From positions 500,995 to 564,994 of the forward strand of contig OZ246404.1 of assembly GCA_965230955.1 (NCBI GenBank): a stretch of DNA of 64,000 nucleotides. The letters are read 5' to 3'. The notes under the pieces were generated by a model. That model was given only the letters and a program-made list of their open reading frames with translations, was not told the origin of the DNA and did not search any database. The stretch is from an uncultured Candidatus Saccharibacteria bacterium. GTDB lineage: Bacteria; Patescibacteriota; CALEFQ01. Numbering within the stretch: position 1 is the stretch's first letter; every line of letters begins with the position of its first letter. The translations under genes were made by a program, and so were the position numbers. Positions 1 to 9,913 of this stretch are shown here, in pieces.

Positions 1-869
1 GTAGATTTGGCGCCAAAATTGCCGAAAATCCTCTGAAAACCGCTGAAGCCGGTAAGGCGGCGGCTCTCAAACTTGCCACGGGCGAACTGGTGGCCATTAT
101 CGATTCCGATAATATTATGCCGGATCCGAATTGGCTACAGCGTATGGTTGAACCGTTTCGAGATGCCTCTATCGTTGCCAGTGAACCATGGGAATACACC
201 TATCGCAAAAATGATCCGGCTTTGACCAGGTATTTTGCCATGATCGGAATGAATGATCCGCTGGTGTTGTTTCTTGGGAATTACGATCGCCGCAATTTTA
301 TTACCGGGCGTTGGACTGGCTTGCCCGTCAAAACAGAGGACAAGGGCAACTATTTGAAGGCTTATCTCCGGGAAGATACTCTGCCGACGATCGGCGCTAA
401 TGGTTTTATTATTCGTAGAGCGGAACTTCTAAAATGTACCGTCGATAAGTATGTCTTTGATATCGACTTGCTCCATGAGCTTATCAAGCTCCGAGGCGGC
501 CAGGTGATTGCGGCTAAGGTCAAAACCGGAATCGTTCATCTCTATTCTGGAACGGTCCGCACTTTTATCACAAAACAGAAGCGGCGCGTCAAGGATTTTC
601 TTCATTTCGGTGAGCAGAAAAAGGACACTGGCTATCCCTGGATGAAAAGATATTTAGCTCGAGTGGTTTTGTTTGCGTTGGCCTGTCTGACGGTAATTCC
701 GTTGCTGATCCAGTTGCTCATTGGCTATACGCGTAAACCTGATTGGATTTGGTGGTTTCATCCGGTTGCCTGTTGGATTACCCTGTGGGTATACGGCTGG
801 GGCGCGCTAACCAGCTTCTTGACGGGCCGGAAGATCGCTGACCGGGCCGAGTGGAAGCAGACCACTTAA
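1..869 (+). CDS. GT2 family glycosyltransferase, 5' partial (runs off the window start)
   Basis: Frame open from nt 3 with no stop before ATG at 90, so the N-terminus lies upstream. Has the GT2 acidic donor-binding stretch (LATGELVAIIDSDN). C-terminal hydrophobic helices present. Confidence 0.75.
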   Translation, partial: RFGAKIAENPLKTAEAGKAAALKLATGELVAIIDSDNIMPDPNWLQRMVEPFRDASIVASEPWEYTYRKNDPALTRYFAMIGMNDPLVLFLGNYDRRNFITGRWTGLPVKTEDKGNYLKAYLREDTLPTIGANGFIIRRAELLKCTVDKYVFDIDLLHELIKLRGGQVIAAKVKTGIVHLYSGTVRTFITKQKRRVKDFLHFGEQKKDTGYPWMKRYLARVVLFALACLTVIPLLIQLLIGYTRKPDWIWWFHPVACWITLWVYGWGALTSFLTGRKIADRAEWKQTT

Positions 870-877
870 TTGGATTT

Positions 878-1822
878 ATGAATCCTGACATAACAATTAT
901 CGTACCGGTTTATAACGAAGAGAAAAATATCGAGCCGCTTTATCGCGAGCTGGATAGTGTTCTGGCTAAAATATTCATTTCCGCTGAAATAATTTTCATA
1001 AATGACGGCAGTACCGATGGATCACTGGAAAAATTGCAAAGGATCCACCAGAACGATTCCCGTGTCATAGTTATAGATTTTCGTAGAAATTTCGGCCAGA
1101 CGGCATCCCTGATGGCGGGGTTTGATTTGGCGCGCGGGAAAATAGTAATTACACTTGATGGTGACGGCCAGAACGACCCAGCCGATATATCGAAGTTATT
1201 GCAAAAAATTCACGCTGGATTCGATGTCATTAGTGGTTGGCGTGCGCATCGGCAGGAGCCGGCTCTAACGCGGCGTTGGCCCTCGAGTTTGGCCAATAAA
1301 TTAATCAGTCGCTTGACCGGCCTGTATCTTCATGATTACGGTTGCTCCCTAAAGGCTTATCGGGCTAATTTTGTGAAAGAGATCAGACTATATGGCGAGA
1401 TGCATCGCTTCATTCCGGCTTTGTGCGCCTGGAATGGTGCCCGGGTGACCGAAGTGGCGGTCAATGATCGGCCGAGGAAATTTGGCCATTCAAAATACAA
1501 TTTGAGTCGAACCGGTAGAGTAATTTTAGATTTATTTACCGTAAAATTCTTGATTGGGTTTTCGACGCGGCCAATCCAAATTTTCGGACGGATTGGAATA
1601 GTTTCTTTTATCCTGGGATTGATTTCTTTGATTGCTGTTATTGTTCTAAAGTTGGCAATAAATTTTGACATGTCTGGAAATCCGCTTTTGATTCTGGGGA
1701 TATTGTTTATATTAGTCGGTATCCAATTCGTAGTCATGGGGTTATTGGCGGAGATAAATATCCGCACGTATCATGAATCACAGGATAAAAAAATCTATAA
1801 AATCAGACAGATCTTGAAATGA
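878..1822 (+). CDS. GT2 polyprenyl-phosphate sugar synthase (GtrB/ArnC/DPM1-like) with two C-terminal TM helices
   Basis: IIVPVYNEE...INDGSTDGS...DGDGQNDP motifs. C-terminal helices ILGLISLIAVIVL and LILGILFILVGIQFVVMGLL. ATG at 878 lies 9 nt after the upstream stop (alternative GTG at 851). Confidence 0.8.
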   Translation: MNPDITIIVPVYNEEKNIEPLYRELDSVLAKIFISAEIIFINDGSTDGSLEKLQRIHQNDSRVIVIDFRRNFGQTASLMAGFDLARGKIVITLDGDGQNDPADISKLLQKIHAGFDVISGWRAHRQEPALTRRWPSSLANKLISRLTGLYLHDYGCSLKAYRANFVKEIRLYGEMHRFIPALCAWNGARVTEVAVNDRPRKFGHSKYNLSRTGRVILDLFTVKFLIGFSTRPIQIFGRIGIVSFILGLISLIAVIVLKLAINFDMSGNPLLILGILFILVGIQFVVMGLLAEINIRTYHESQDKKIYKIRQILK

Positions 1823-2964
1823 AAATTTTATTATTAAACTTTGAGTATCCGCCCGTCGGCGGCGGCGGAGGAGTCGCGACCAAAAATTATGCTGAAGAAT
1901 GGGCTCGAAAAGGGCATCAGGTGGAAGTTATCACCAGTAATTTCTCCGGATTGCCCGCGCAAGACACGAAGAATGGAGTCAAGGTTATCAGATTGGAAGT
2001 GCCCCAACGATCTTATCGTGCGACCGCCAGTTTCCGCGCTATGCTTGGTTACATCGTTTCGGGGGGGAGGTTGGTCTGGCGGAAGAGAAAATATTATCGC
2101 CAATTCGATATTATTAATACTCATTTTGCCTTGCCGACTGGCCCATTGGGAGTCCTGGCAAAAATAATTTTGAAAGTTCCCAATGTTCTTACTATAATTG
2201 GTGGGGACATTTATGATCCGTCTCTGAAGAGATCCCCGCATCGGAATTTTTTTTATCAGCGAGTTAATCGTTATATTATCAATGCGGCTGATTCGGTCAT
2301 CGCTATTTCAAATGATATTAAGAACAGGGCCCGAGAATATTATAAAATTACCCGGCCGATCAAGGCGGTTAATATTGGTTTTCGGTTAGTTGGAAGAGCA
2401 AAGCGTGATCGGCAGCGGTTAAAACTTGACGAATCTAAATTTTATCTGATAGCCGTTGGTCGCTTGGTGGGGCGTAAGGGATTTCCCTACGCCATTACGG
2501 CGTTGAAGTATCTGCCGGAAATGATTAGCCTACTGATTATCGGTGATGGGCCCGAGATGAATGATTTAATGGAAATAGCTAAGCATGAGGGCGTGAGCCA
2601 ACGAGTCATCTTTTTGGGTTATCATGTGTCAGATATCAACCGCTACTTAGCCTGTGCCGATATTTTTATACTATCTTCGCTGCACGAGGGTATGGGGATT
2701 GTGATTCAAGAGGCAATGGCGGCGGGACTGCCGGTAATTTCTACCAATATTGGCGGCCAGACAGATTTGATAAAAGATCAGATAAATGGTTTGCTGGTTA
2801 GTCCTGGTAGCTCCAGGGAAATTGCCCTGGCAGTCAAGGCATTGGCGGAAAATCCGGCTTTACGAGAAAAAATGTCAGCCAATAATTTGCGTGACATAAA
2901 AAAATACGATCTGACCGACAACGCCGAAGTTTACGTACAAATATTTCGCAGTTTGATTGCTTAA
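1819..2964 (+). CDS. GT4 (group 1) glycosyltransferase
   Basis: N-terminal FEYPPVGGGG, C-terminal GDGPE...SSLHEGMGIVIQEAMAAGLPVIST (EX7E-like). ATGA overlap with upstream gene. Confidence 0.85.
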   Translation: MKILLLNFEYPPVGGGGGVATKNYAEEWARKGHQVEVITSNFSGLPAQDTKNGVKVIRLEVPQRSYRATASFRAMLGYIVSGGRLVWRKRKYYRQFDIINTHFALPTGPLGVLAKIILKVPNVLTIIGGDIYDPSLKRSPHRNFFYQRVNRYIINAADSVIAISNDIKNRAREYYKITRPIKAVNIGFRLVGRAKRDRQRLKLDESKFYLIAVGRLVGRKGFPYAITALKYLPEMISLLIIGDGPEMNDLMEIAKHEGVSQRVIFLGYHVSDINRYLACADIFILSSLHEGMGIVIQEAMAAGLPVISTNIGGQTDLIKDQINGLLVSPGSSREIALAVKALAENPALREKMSANNLRDIKKYDLTDNAEVYVQIFRSLIA

Positions 2965-2966
2965 TT

Positions 2967-5483
2967 ATGTCTAAAATAAAAAAATTGCTTTCGCGTCCTT
3001 ATTTTTGGCTGGCCATGGTGATTTTATTGGCCGCCATTCTGCGCCTCTGGGGGACCGGATATGGATTGCCCGGGTATGCGTATCATACCGATGGGTCATT
3101 ATATATTCGCGGCGTACTGAGTTGGCTGGAAGGGGATTCCGCTGAACTGTCAGCACGTTCGGATTTCCCGTCATTGTTTTTTGGTTTATTGTTTGTGTTA
3201 TTTGGTACTGTTCGATGGATAAGTTCCTGGTTTGCTTCCACCTCGCCGGCATTCAGTGACTATATTTTTGTCGGACGGGTTGTCTCGGCGTTTTTTTCCG
3301 TATCGACGGTCGGTTTGATTTATCTATTAGCCCGGCGATTGTTTAATCGCACGGTTGGCTTGTTGTCGGCTTTAGCACTGGCGGTAACATTTTTAGACGT
3401 CCAGATTTCCCATTATGTTAAGCATGACGTTTATGTCGAGTTTTTCGGAGTGCTGGCGCTATTTTTTACTTGGCTGCTCTATGAAAAAAAGAAATGGCTA
3501 TATCTCTGGCTGGCTTTGGGGACAATCGTTTTAGCGGGAACGACGAAGTTATACGGATTTTTATTTTTGTTGCCGTTATTGCTGGTAATAATGGCCGTAG
3601 GCTGGCGGGCTAAAAAAGATCGTGATTGGTCAGCGCTTTGGCGTTCGCTTGCCTGGCTGCTTGTTATCATCGTTGTTTTGGCGATATTTTTAGGTATTTA
3701 TACACAGCGGTCTTCAACCAATGCTCCTGAGGTGGAGGTATTTGAGTCGAAATACTTTGGGCGTCTCGTTGATCGTTTGCTTAATCCGTTTCGCGATGTC
3801 GATATGGTGCTGGCGAGTGATGCCGACGGTATTCCCAATTACTTGTGGTGGCCGCAGTATTTAGCCATGGTAGGTGTCTATTATCCTTTGTTTATAAGTG
3901 CGATAGCCGGAATTATTCTGTTGTTGCGTAGGATATCTTTTAAGGTTATTTGGTTGCTTAGCTTTCCGGCGGTTTATGTCGTGGTCTTGTGCTTGCAAAC
4001 GGTTCGCTTCGATCGTTGGGCTTCTGTTTTGACTCCCTTTCTAGCGGTGGCGGCCGGATTTTTTGCTTATTGGTACCTGCAGAAAACAAAAACCTTAGGA
4101 GTGATATTTAGGTACTGCATGGGGATCGGTTTATTTTTGGTTTTATTTGCTTGGCCGGGCATACGCGTGTCACTTTTTGACTATATTATCAGCCAACCGG
4201 CAACTCGCGAAGAAGTATCGGAATATGTCGGCAATAATACTGATCCCGGACACGTTGTTTTTTCCTATGGTTCGTCCGCCACCGCGCAGATGCTTATCCG
4301 TGATTACCCGGGGTTTAGTTTGCAGGAAATCGACGGCTGGATCGATGGCCAAAAGAATATTTTCAGGTTTCATGGCGAGAAGATGATTCTAGATAAAAGC
4401 CAGTATGATATTGCTTATAATTACCGAGCTACAGATCGATATCGTTTAGCTTATAAAACATTGGAATTGATATCAAGTCGCTCCGTTCCTGAAAAGATTT
4501 TTAGTTACCAGCTTTTTGATAATGGTTTATTTTCACCAACGAATTTGGAACACGGTTCAACTGTAAATAATTACCATCAGCCGCCGATGTATTTATTTAC
4601 TATTCCTGATGTTCCCGATCTTGAATTGCCTCCTTTTGAAAAAATTTACTCGGCTGAAAGCATGGCCGATATTTCAAGCGCTAAGTTTTCGGAAGTCGGG
4701 GATCGGAGACGTCTGGTTCTTGATCCTGATGTCGCTGATGGAATTGCTGGTGGAAGGGAGGCTATGCCGGCCGGTACTTATCAGGTTGAATTCGCACTGG
4801 CTGCGGAAAGTCCGGCTAAATCTGAGACCATTGCTACCGTCAGCCTACGCGATTTTGGTCTCAATTCTTCTATTATTTCCTCGACGGTTGGCAGTGAACC
4901 TGACCATTTGACAGGTCAGACTTTTCACGTCACTCTGCCATTGAAGTTGACCCGAGCTACATTGGTTGAATTTACGGTGAATGATCAGGATCTGCCAGGG
5001 ACCAAGATTTGGTTGGAACAAGTGAAAATCATCGAGGCTCCAATCGATGAGGAAGATTTCACTCGTCGGCAAGACGAGCTTGTTAATACTAATCGGTCGG
5101 GAACTTTTTCTGCCCAACAGATTGCCAATTTTACTAACATTTCGACCGTGACGGATTCGCGAGCGACGAACGGTTTTGTGATAAAAAATAAGCCAACCGG
5201 GGGGCCTTATTTAGAGTTGCCGCCGGGTGACTACCAAGCAGTTTTTTCCTTGATTTATGATATTCCCGATAATCAGGATTGTGCCAATCTCGATGTGGTT
5301 ACGGGCGGAGGGGGACAAACACTTGCCAGTCAAACAATTACCGGTTCTAGTGCCGAGCTTTTGGCCGAAAAAACACTGGATTTTTCTCAGGATACGCCGG
5401 GGCAGATCGAGGCCCGGCTCAACTATCTTGGCTGTGGCCAGGTTATGCTCGATCAACTGGAAATAAAATCTCGCTACCCCTGA
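2967..5483 (+). CDS. GT-C fold membrane glycosyltransferase (ArnT/PMT-like, GT39/GT83-like) with about 400 aa C-terminal extracytoplasmic domain containing two tandem beta-rich repeats
   Basis: About 12 N-terminal TM helices. First loop carries YAYHTDGSLY, an acidic/aromatic motif as in PMT_2/ArnT. The C-terminal soluble region has two repeats carrying P(A/P)G(T/D)YQ(V/A).F(A/S)L. Confidence 0.6.
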   Translation: MSKIKKLLSRPYFWLAMVILLAAILRLWGTGYGLPGYAYHTDGSLYIRGVLSWLEGDSAELSARSDFPSLFFGLLFVLFGTVRWISSWFASTSPAFSDYIFVGRVVSAFFSVSTVGLIYLLARRLFNRTVGLLSALALAVTFLDVQISHYVKHDVYVEFFGVLALFFTWLLYEKKKWLYLWLALGTIVLAGTTKLYGFLFLLPLLLVIMAVGWRAKKDRDWSALWRSLAWLLVIIVVLAIFLGIYTQRSSTNAPEVEVFESKYFGRLVDRLLNPFRDVDMVLASDADGIPNYLWWPQYLAMVGVYYPLFISAIAGIILLLRRISFKVIWLLSFPAVYVVVLCLQTVRFDRWASVLTPFLAVAAGFFAYWYLQKTKTLGVIFRYCMGIGLFLVLFAWPGIRVSLFDYIISQPATREEVSEYVGNNTDPGHVVFSYGSSATAQMLIRDYPGFSLQEIDGWIDGQKNIFRFHGEKMILDKSQYDIAYNYRATDRYRLAYKTLELISSRSVPEKIFSYQLFDNGLFSPTNLEHGSTVNNYHQPPMYLFTIPDVPDLELPPFEKIYSAESMADISSAKFSEVGDRRRLVLDPDVADGIAGGREAMPAGTYQVEFALAAESPAKSETIATVSLRDFGLNSSIISSTVGSEPDHLTGQTFHVTLPLKLTRATLVEFTVNDQDLPGTKIWLEQVKIIEAPIDEEDFTRRQDELVNTNRSGTFSAQQIANFTNISTVTDSRATNGFVIKNKPTGGPYLELPPGDYQAVFSLIYDIPDNQDCANLDVVTGGGGQTLASQTITGSSAELLAEKTLDFSQDTPGQIEARLNYLGCGQVMLDQLEIKSRYP

Positions 5484-5520
5484 TGAACCGGATCGGCTGT
5501 TTATGCCAGAGTTTCCCAAA

Positions 5521-5549
5521 TTGACAAAACGTTTATTCTACGGTTTAAT
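5521..5549 (+). promoter_or_regulatory. sigma70-like promoter TTGACA-17-TTTAAT
   Basis: ttgaca (5521-5526), 17-nt spacer, tttaat (5544-5549); lies in the 364-nt gap before the GT2 gene at 5860. Confidence 0.5.
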
Positions 5550-5859
5550 GCTATTAGTGTGGCGGTCATGGCAGATCCCCAATTGTGCTATTTTATTGCG
5601 GCCAAGGATTGTTTCCGAGCAGCTAAAATGATTCATCGGAAACTTTTCGATTGACCGAATTGGCGGATTCAAGCCAGTTTAAAAGACCGCTCTTTTTTCT
5701 GCTTTATACGGCATACTGGTCCGTATTTTGATAATATTTAAAATAATACGGCGGAATTTTCCAGCCCTTTGCCAGTTATTGTATCAGAAAATAATTATCT
5801 ATGAGGCCTTCGGCGGATAATTTCCCGAATGGGTAGTAGTAAATCAGTTGTATACATTT

Positions 5860-6759
5860 ATGAGCACTTCTATTATCGTGACATCGTACAATCGAGGGCC
5901 GGACGTGGAAAAGCTGATTGGTATTTGTCGCGAAATCACATCCCCGATCATGGAAATTATCGTTATCGATGACGGCTCGACTGATAATTCCCGGGAAATA
6001 TATAAAAAGCTTCAGGTTCAAGTATTGCCCTTTGACCTAAGGATACTTTACAACGACAAGAATCGCGGTGCGTCTTACTCGCGCAATCGCGGAGCTAGTG
6101 AATCGCGCGGAGAGATTTTGATTTTCATTGATTCCGATGTAATTTTCACCCCAGCCGTTATTGAGTTCCTGCTGACCAAAATGTCGACAGGCGATTATGA
6201 TATTTGTTTTCCGCAAGCTTTATATCAGGACGGTAGTCGGTTGAATCCCTTGTCTGCTTTTGACGAACGGCGCTGTATGAATTCGATAATGTTTTTGATT
6301 AAAAAGAAAGCCCTGAGCCGAATGGATATGTTTTTCGACGATGCCATAATGGTGTATACCGACGATGCTGATTTTTTCTTGCGGGCCTATACCCTCGGCT
6401 TAAAAATACAATACATTCCAGAAGTTAAAATATATCATCCGAAGCCTGTTTCATTGTCCGGGATATCGTATTATTACCGGTGGCGGCATATAATATATTT
6501 TTACCTGAAACTGCACGGTTTGGTTGAGTATCATATTCCTTTCATATTTTATATTGCCGGGAATATGATAACTTATTTGCTTATATCTCTGACAACTCAT
6601 CATTTCCACGGTTTCCACATGACGCCGGTTCGCTATCGATCGACCAGGCGTCAGTTGTTGAAATATTATTTTCAGGCCTTCGGTTGGAATCGGAAAAGGT
6701 CGAAGCAGATTCATGATCGTCGCCAACTGCTTTATCTCAAGATAAAAGAAAGCAAATAG
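5860..6759 (+). CDS. GT2 family glycosyltransferase
   Basis: SIIVTSYNRG...IIVIDDGSTDNS...DSD motifs. ATG at 5860; the ORF track start at 5848 is TTG. Confidence 0.75.
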   Translation: MSTSIIVTSYNRGPDVEKLIGICREITSPIMEIIVIDDGSTDNSREIYKKLQVQVLPFDLRILYNDKNRGASYSRNRGASESRGEILIFIDSDVIFTPAVIEFLLTKMSTGDYDICFPQALYQDGSRLNPLSAFDERRCMNSIMFLIKKKALSRMDMFFDDAIMVYTDDADFFLRAYTLGLKIQYIPEVKIYHPKPVSLSGISYYYRWRHIIYFYLKLHGLVEYHIPFIFYIAGNMITYLLISLTTHHFHGFHMTPVRYRSTRRQLLKYYFQAFGWNRKRSKQIHDRRQLLYLKIKESK

Positions 6760-6765
6760 TACTTT

Positions 6766-7464
6766 ATGGCCAGCGGTAAATTAAACTATGTATCATCCAT
6801 TGATACCGGCGCTCCGACTTTGGTGCAACGGTCGTCTTTTGACAATTATGTTTCTTACTTTCGGGGGAAAAAAGTCTTGGATGTCGGGTGCTGGACCGGC
6901 GGCTTTGAACACTATTTACAAACGGCGACGGATCAGGCTTATGCGATCGAATTGGAGCCGGCCGCTCTAAAGATTGCCCAGAAGCGCTATCCAAAAGTGA
7001 AGTTCCAACGGGGCACTGTTTTTTCCATTCCATATCCGGACAGTACTTTCGATGTTGTTACCTTGTGGTGGGTAATGGAGCATCTGCCGATCGACTCCGA
7101 GATTCGAGCTTTCAAGGAGATTCGTCGAGTACTAAAATCCCGAGGACACTTCATTTTGAGTGTCCCGCATTGGCATTGGTTTAATAATATCCTCGATCCG
7201 GCATTTTGGCTGAAAGGTCATCGCCACTACCAGGCGCGGCATGTCACTCAAATGCTGAAATCTGCCGGATTGGAAGCCAAGCAAATTAGGATTCAGGGAA
7301 GGTTTTGGTATTGTTTTTCCGTCGATGTTTTTTATTTCTGGAAGCATATTTTGCGCCGGCCGATGCCCGCCCGTTGGCAAAATTGGTTTGATCGACGGAT
7401 TGAAAAGGAATTACGCCGGGTGGGCTACGGCGATTTGTATATATTATCGCAAAAAGATGAATAA
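6766..7464 (+). CDS. class I SAM-dependent methyltransferase (Methyltransf_11/23-like)
   Basis: Glycine-rich SAM motif KVLDVGCWTGGF; acidic motif II region. 232 aa. Confidence 0.8.
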   Translation: MASGKLNYVSSIDTGAPTLVQRSSFDNYVSYFRGKKVLDVGCWTGGFEHYLQTATDQAYAIELEPAALKIAQKRYPKVKFQRGTVFSIPYPDSTFDVVTLWWVMEHLPIDSEIRAFKEIRRVLKSRGHFILSVPHWHWFNNILDPAFWLKGHRHYQARHVTQMLKSAGLEAKQIRIQGRFWYCFSVDVFYFWKHILRRPMPARWQNWFDRRIEKELRRVGYGDLYILSQKDE

Positions 7465-8386
7465 CTTAAAGATATCGGTTATTATCCCGGTTTATAATCG
7501 ACGGGAGGAAGTTGCCGAATGTCTACGGACCGTTTTTTCCAGTGATTATGATAATTACGAGGTCGTTGTTGTCGATGATTGTTCTCGGGACGGTACCGTT
7601 GCTTACTTGTCGCGGAATTTCCCCGCGGTTAAGCTTTTGGCCAATAAGGAAAATCACGGTGCGGCTTTTTCTCGAAATGCCGGGGCTCGTGTGGCCAGTG
7701 GGCAAATTTTATTCTTCCTGGACTCCGATACCGCCATTGCTCCCGACACATTGTCAAAAACGGCCGAGATCTTTGCTCGCTATCCCGATGCCGGCTTGGT
7801 TGCGCCGATAATTTATTATTTTTGCGATCCGAAAAGAATTTGGTATGCCGGAGCTTTTATCGACCAGTGGACCAGTCGAGCTCACTACCGCGGGATCAAT
7901 GAAATTGATCGGGGTCAATATCGCGAAGGCGAAATACCGAACGGCCACGCGCCGACGGCCTCGGCGATTAAGCGCGAAGTCTTGTTTCGCGCCGGTTTAT
8001 TCGAGGAAAGAGAAGACTTTTATATGGGGTTTGAAGAGCCGGATTTGGCCAAAAGGATTGAACGGCAGGGAGGACGATTGATTTTTGCTCCGGCGGTAAA
8101 GGTTTGGCACAAAATTCCCGTCCCGGAATTTAAGGACAGCCGAGCCCGGGAATTCTTGTTCTATATCAGCTTTCGCACGCCGAAAGTCGCTTATACCACT
8201 TCGCGCAATCGAGTTACATACATGCGAAGATATGCTCCTAAGTTTAATTATTTTGTTTTCCGTTTGGTTTTTCTGCCGCTTAGTCTGGCGATTTATTGGT
8301 TAAAGAGCGTTTGCTCTCATCAGCCGGATATGTGGAAGAATATCTGGCGGGGTACGCGAGCCGCTTTAAAACAAAAAAATGTTTAA
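7457..8386 (+). CDS. GT2 family glycosyltransferase
   Basis: ISVIIPVYNRREE...VVVDDCSRDGT...FLDSD. ATG at 7457 overlaps the upstream stop by 8 nt; the longer 7325 ORF extension overlaps the methyltransferase gene and was rejected. Confidence 0.8.
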   Translation: MNNLKISVIIPVYNRREEVAECLRTVFSSDYDNYEVVVVDDCSRDGTVAYLSRNFPAVKLLANKENHGAAFSRNAGARVASGQILFFLDSDTAIAPDTLSKTAEIFARYPDAGLVAPIIYYFCDPKRIWYAGAFIDQWTSRAHYRGINEIDRGQYREGEIPNGHAPTASAIKREVLFRAGLFEEREDFYMGFEEPDLAKRIERQGGRLIFAPAVKVWHKIPVPEFKDSRAREFLFYISFRTPKVAYTTSRNRVTYMRRYAPKFNYFVFRLVFLPLSLAIYWLKSVCSHQPDMWKNIWRGTRAALKQKNV

Positions 8387-9857
8387 AGTACTATTTGTCA
8401 TTCCCAGGAGTAAAAATTTGTTTGGCGACGAGGTGAAGACCAAACAAGGTGAAATTGTATTTGGCGGACATCCCCATGTTGGGATTGCCTATTTGATTGC
8501 CGTATTGCGCCAAAATAACATTGAGGCGAAGGTTTTTGATACGTTGGTCGAGAATGACGACCGAAAATTGCTTCAACTGATGAAAGATTATCAGCCGAAT
8601 TTGATTGGCATCACCGGTTTCAGCTATAGTTACGGCTATGTCAAAGCTATTATCGATCTGGTCACTGATCAAGCCGATTGTCCGGTAGTGCTGGGAGGCC
8701 CACATGTTTCCGCTACCAAAAAACTCTGTTTTAAGGATAATCGCGCCTCCCTGGCGATCAAGGGCGAGGGGGAAGTCACCTTTTTGGAATTAATCCGGGA
8801 ATTACAAAAGCCCGTCTCGGATTTTTCAAAAGTTGACGGGTTGATTTGGCGCCAAGATGGCGAAATAATCGAAAACAGAGACCGTCCTTTTTTGCGCGAT
8901 TTGGACAGTTTGCCGATTCCGGCCTATGAAGCTTTTAAGTTGGATCGCTATTTATACACCAAGCAACACAAGATGCCGATTATTACCTCGCGCGGCTGTC
9001 CTTATGGCTGTAATTATTGTTCGGTGCGTCTTTCGATGGGGCGTAATTTCCGCCCCCGCAGTCCGGAAAACGTAGTGGGGGAAATTGAGCATTGGTACAA
9101 GCGCGGGTGGTGTAATTTTGAATTTAATGATGATTGTTTCAATGTCGACATGGATCGAGCGAAAAAAATTTGCGATTTAATCATCGGTAAAAAGCTGAAG
9201 ATAAAATATGAGTTGTACAACGGGATTCGGGTCGATCGGATTGACGAGGAATTATTACGAAAGATGAAAGCCTCCGGCTGTATTTTCATTTCTTATGGCT
9301 GTGAATCCGGCAGCCAAAAAATTCTCGACCGAATCGGCAAAAAGATAAAATTGCCCCAGGTGCGCCAGGCGGTTCAATTGACCAACAAGGTTGGTATCAA
9401 AAATTCCGTTAACTTTATTATCGGCCATCCGGGCGAGACTATCGAAACAGCGATGGAGTCGATCCGTTTTGCCGATTCTCTGCCGACCAATTTCGTCAAT
9501 TTCTATAATCTGGTGCCTTATCCCGGCACGGAATTATTTGAATGGGTGGATAAAAATGCACGGTTTTTGGTGCCAAAGAAGACTTACCTGGAAAGCATAT
9601 CTTATCGCGATAATAAGCCCGTCTTTGAAACTCCGGAATTTTCGCGCCGAGAACGCATGAAAGTGATAAAGAAAGGCTTCAATTTGTACGAAAAGAAAAT
9701 ACTGGAATTTCGCCTGGGCAAAGCCGGTGGTCGGATAATGTACGGTCTGACTCGGCTCGGTCCGATCGGTAAATGGGCGAGGCAATTTGCCCTAGAAAGC
9801 AAATTTGGTAATAAAATCTATCAGATGCTTTCCGCGAATTCTCGCGCCAGTGACTGA
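8379..9857 (+). CDS. B12-binding domain-containing radical SAM enzyme (class B rSAM)
   Basis: N-terminal Rossmann-like cobalamin-binding region (IGITGF...VVLGGPH) followed by CxxxCxxC rSAM motif SRGCPYGCNYC and the GHPGET stretch. 492 aa. Confidence 0.85.
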   Translation: MFKVLFVIPRSKNLFGDEVKTKQGEIVFGGHPHVGIAYLIAVLRQNNIEAKVFDTLVENDDRKLLQLMKDYQPNLIGITGFSYSYGYVKAIIDLVTDQADCPVVLGGPHVSATKKLCFKDNRASLAIKGEGEVTFLELIRELQKPVSDFSKVDGLIWRQDGEIIENRDRPFLRDLDSLPIPAYEAFKLDRYLYTKQHKMPIITSRGCPYGCNYCSVRLSMGRNFRPRSPENVVGEIEHWYKRGWCNFEFNDDCFNVDMDRAKKICDLIIGKKLKIKYELYNGIRVDRIDEELLRKMKASGCIFISYGCESGSQKILDRIGKKIKLPQVRQAVQLTNKVGIKNSVNFIIGHPGETIETAMESIRFADSLPTNFVNFYNLVPYPGTELFEWVDKNARFLVPKKTYLESISYRDNKPVFETPEFSRRERMKVIKKGFNLYEKKILEFRLGKAGGRIMYGLTRLGPIGKWARQFALESKFGNKIYQMLSANSRASD

Positions 9858-9913
9858 TCCGACCGGTTTCGGCTGGCGAAGTTAAATCATTACATTTGAA
9901 TAAGCTGAGAGAT

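Noticed and set aside
1357-1767. Antisense and overlapping ORFs of 60-150 aa inside large genes (for example 1357-1767 -, 1834-2241 -, 2971-3252 -, 12938-13321 -, 15652-16292 -, 46165-46578 -, 51214-51672 -, 53774-54178 -)
   Set aside because: All lie entirely within longer ORFs that have clear family signatures on the other strand or frame. They lack RBS and have low-complexity composition (Arg/Pro/Gly-rich reverse-frame artefacts). Treated as shadow ORFs.
7325-7456. Long N-terminal extension of the GT2 ORF (7325 start)
   Set aside because: The extension overlaps the C-terminus of the upstream methyltransferase by 140 nt. The canonical GT2 N-terminus (ISVIIPVYN) begins right after ATG 7457.
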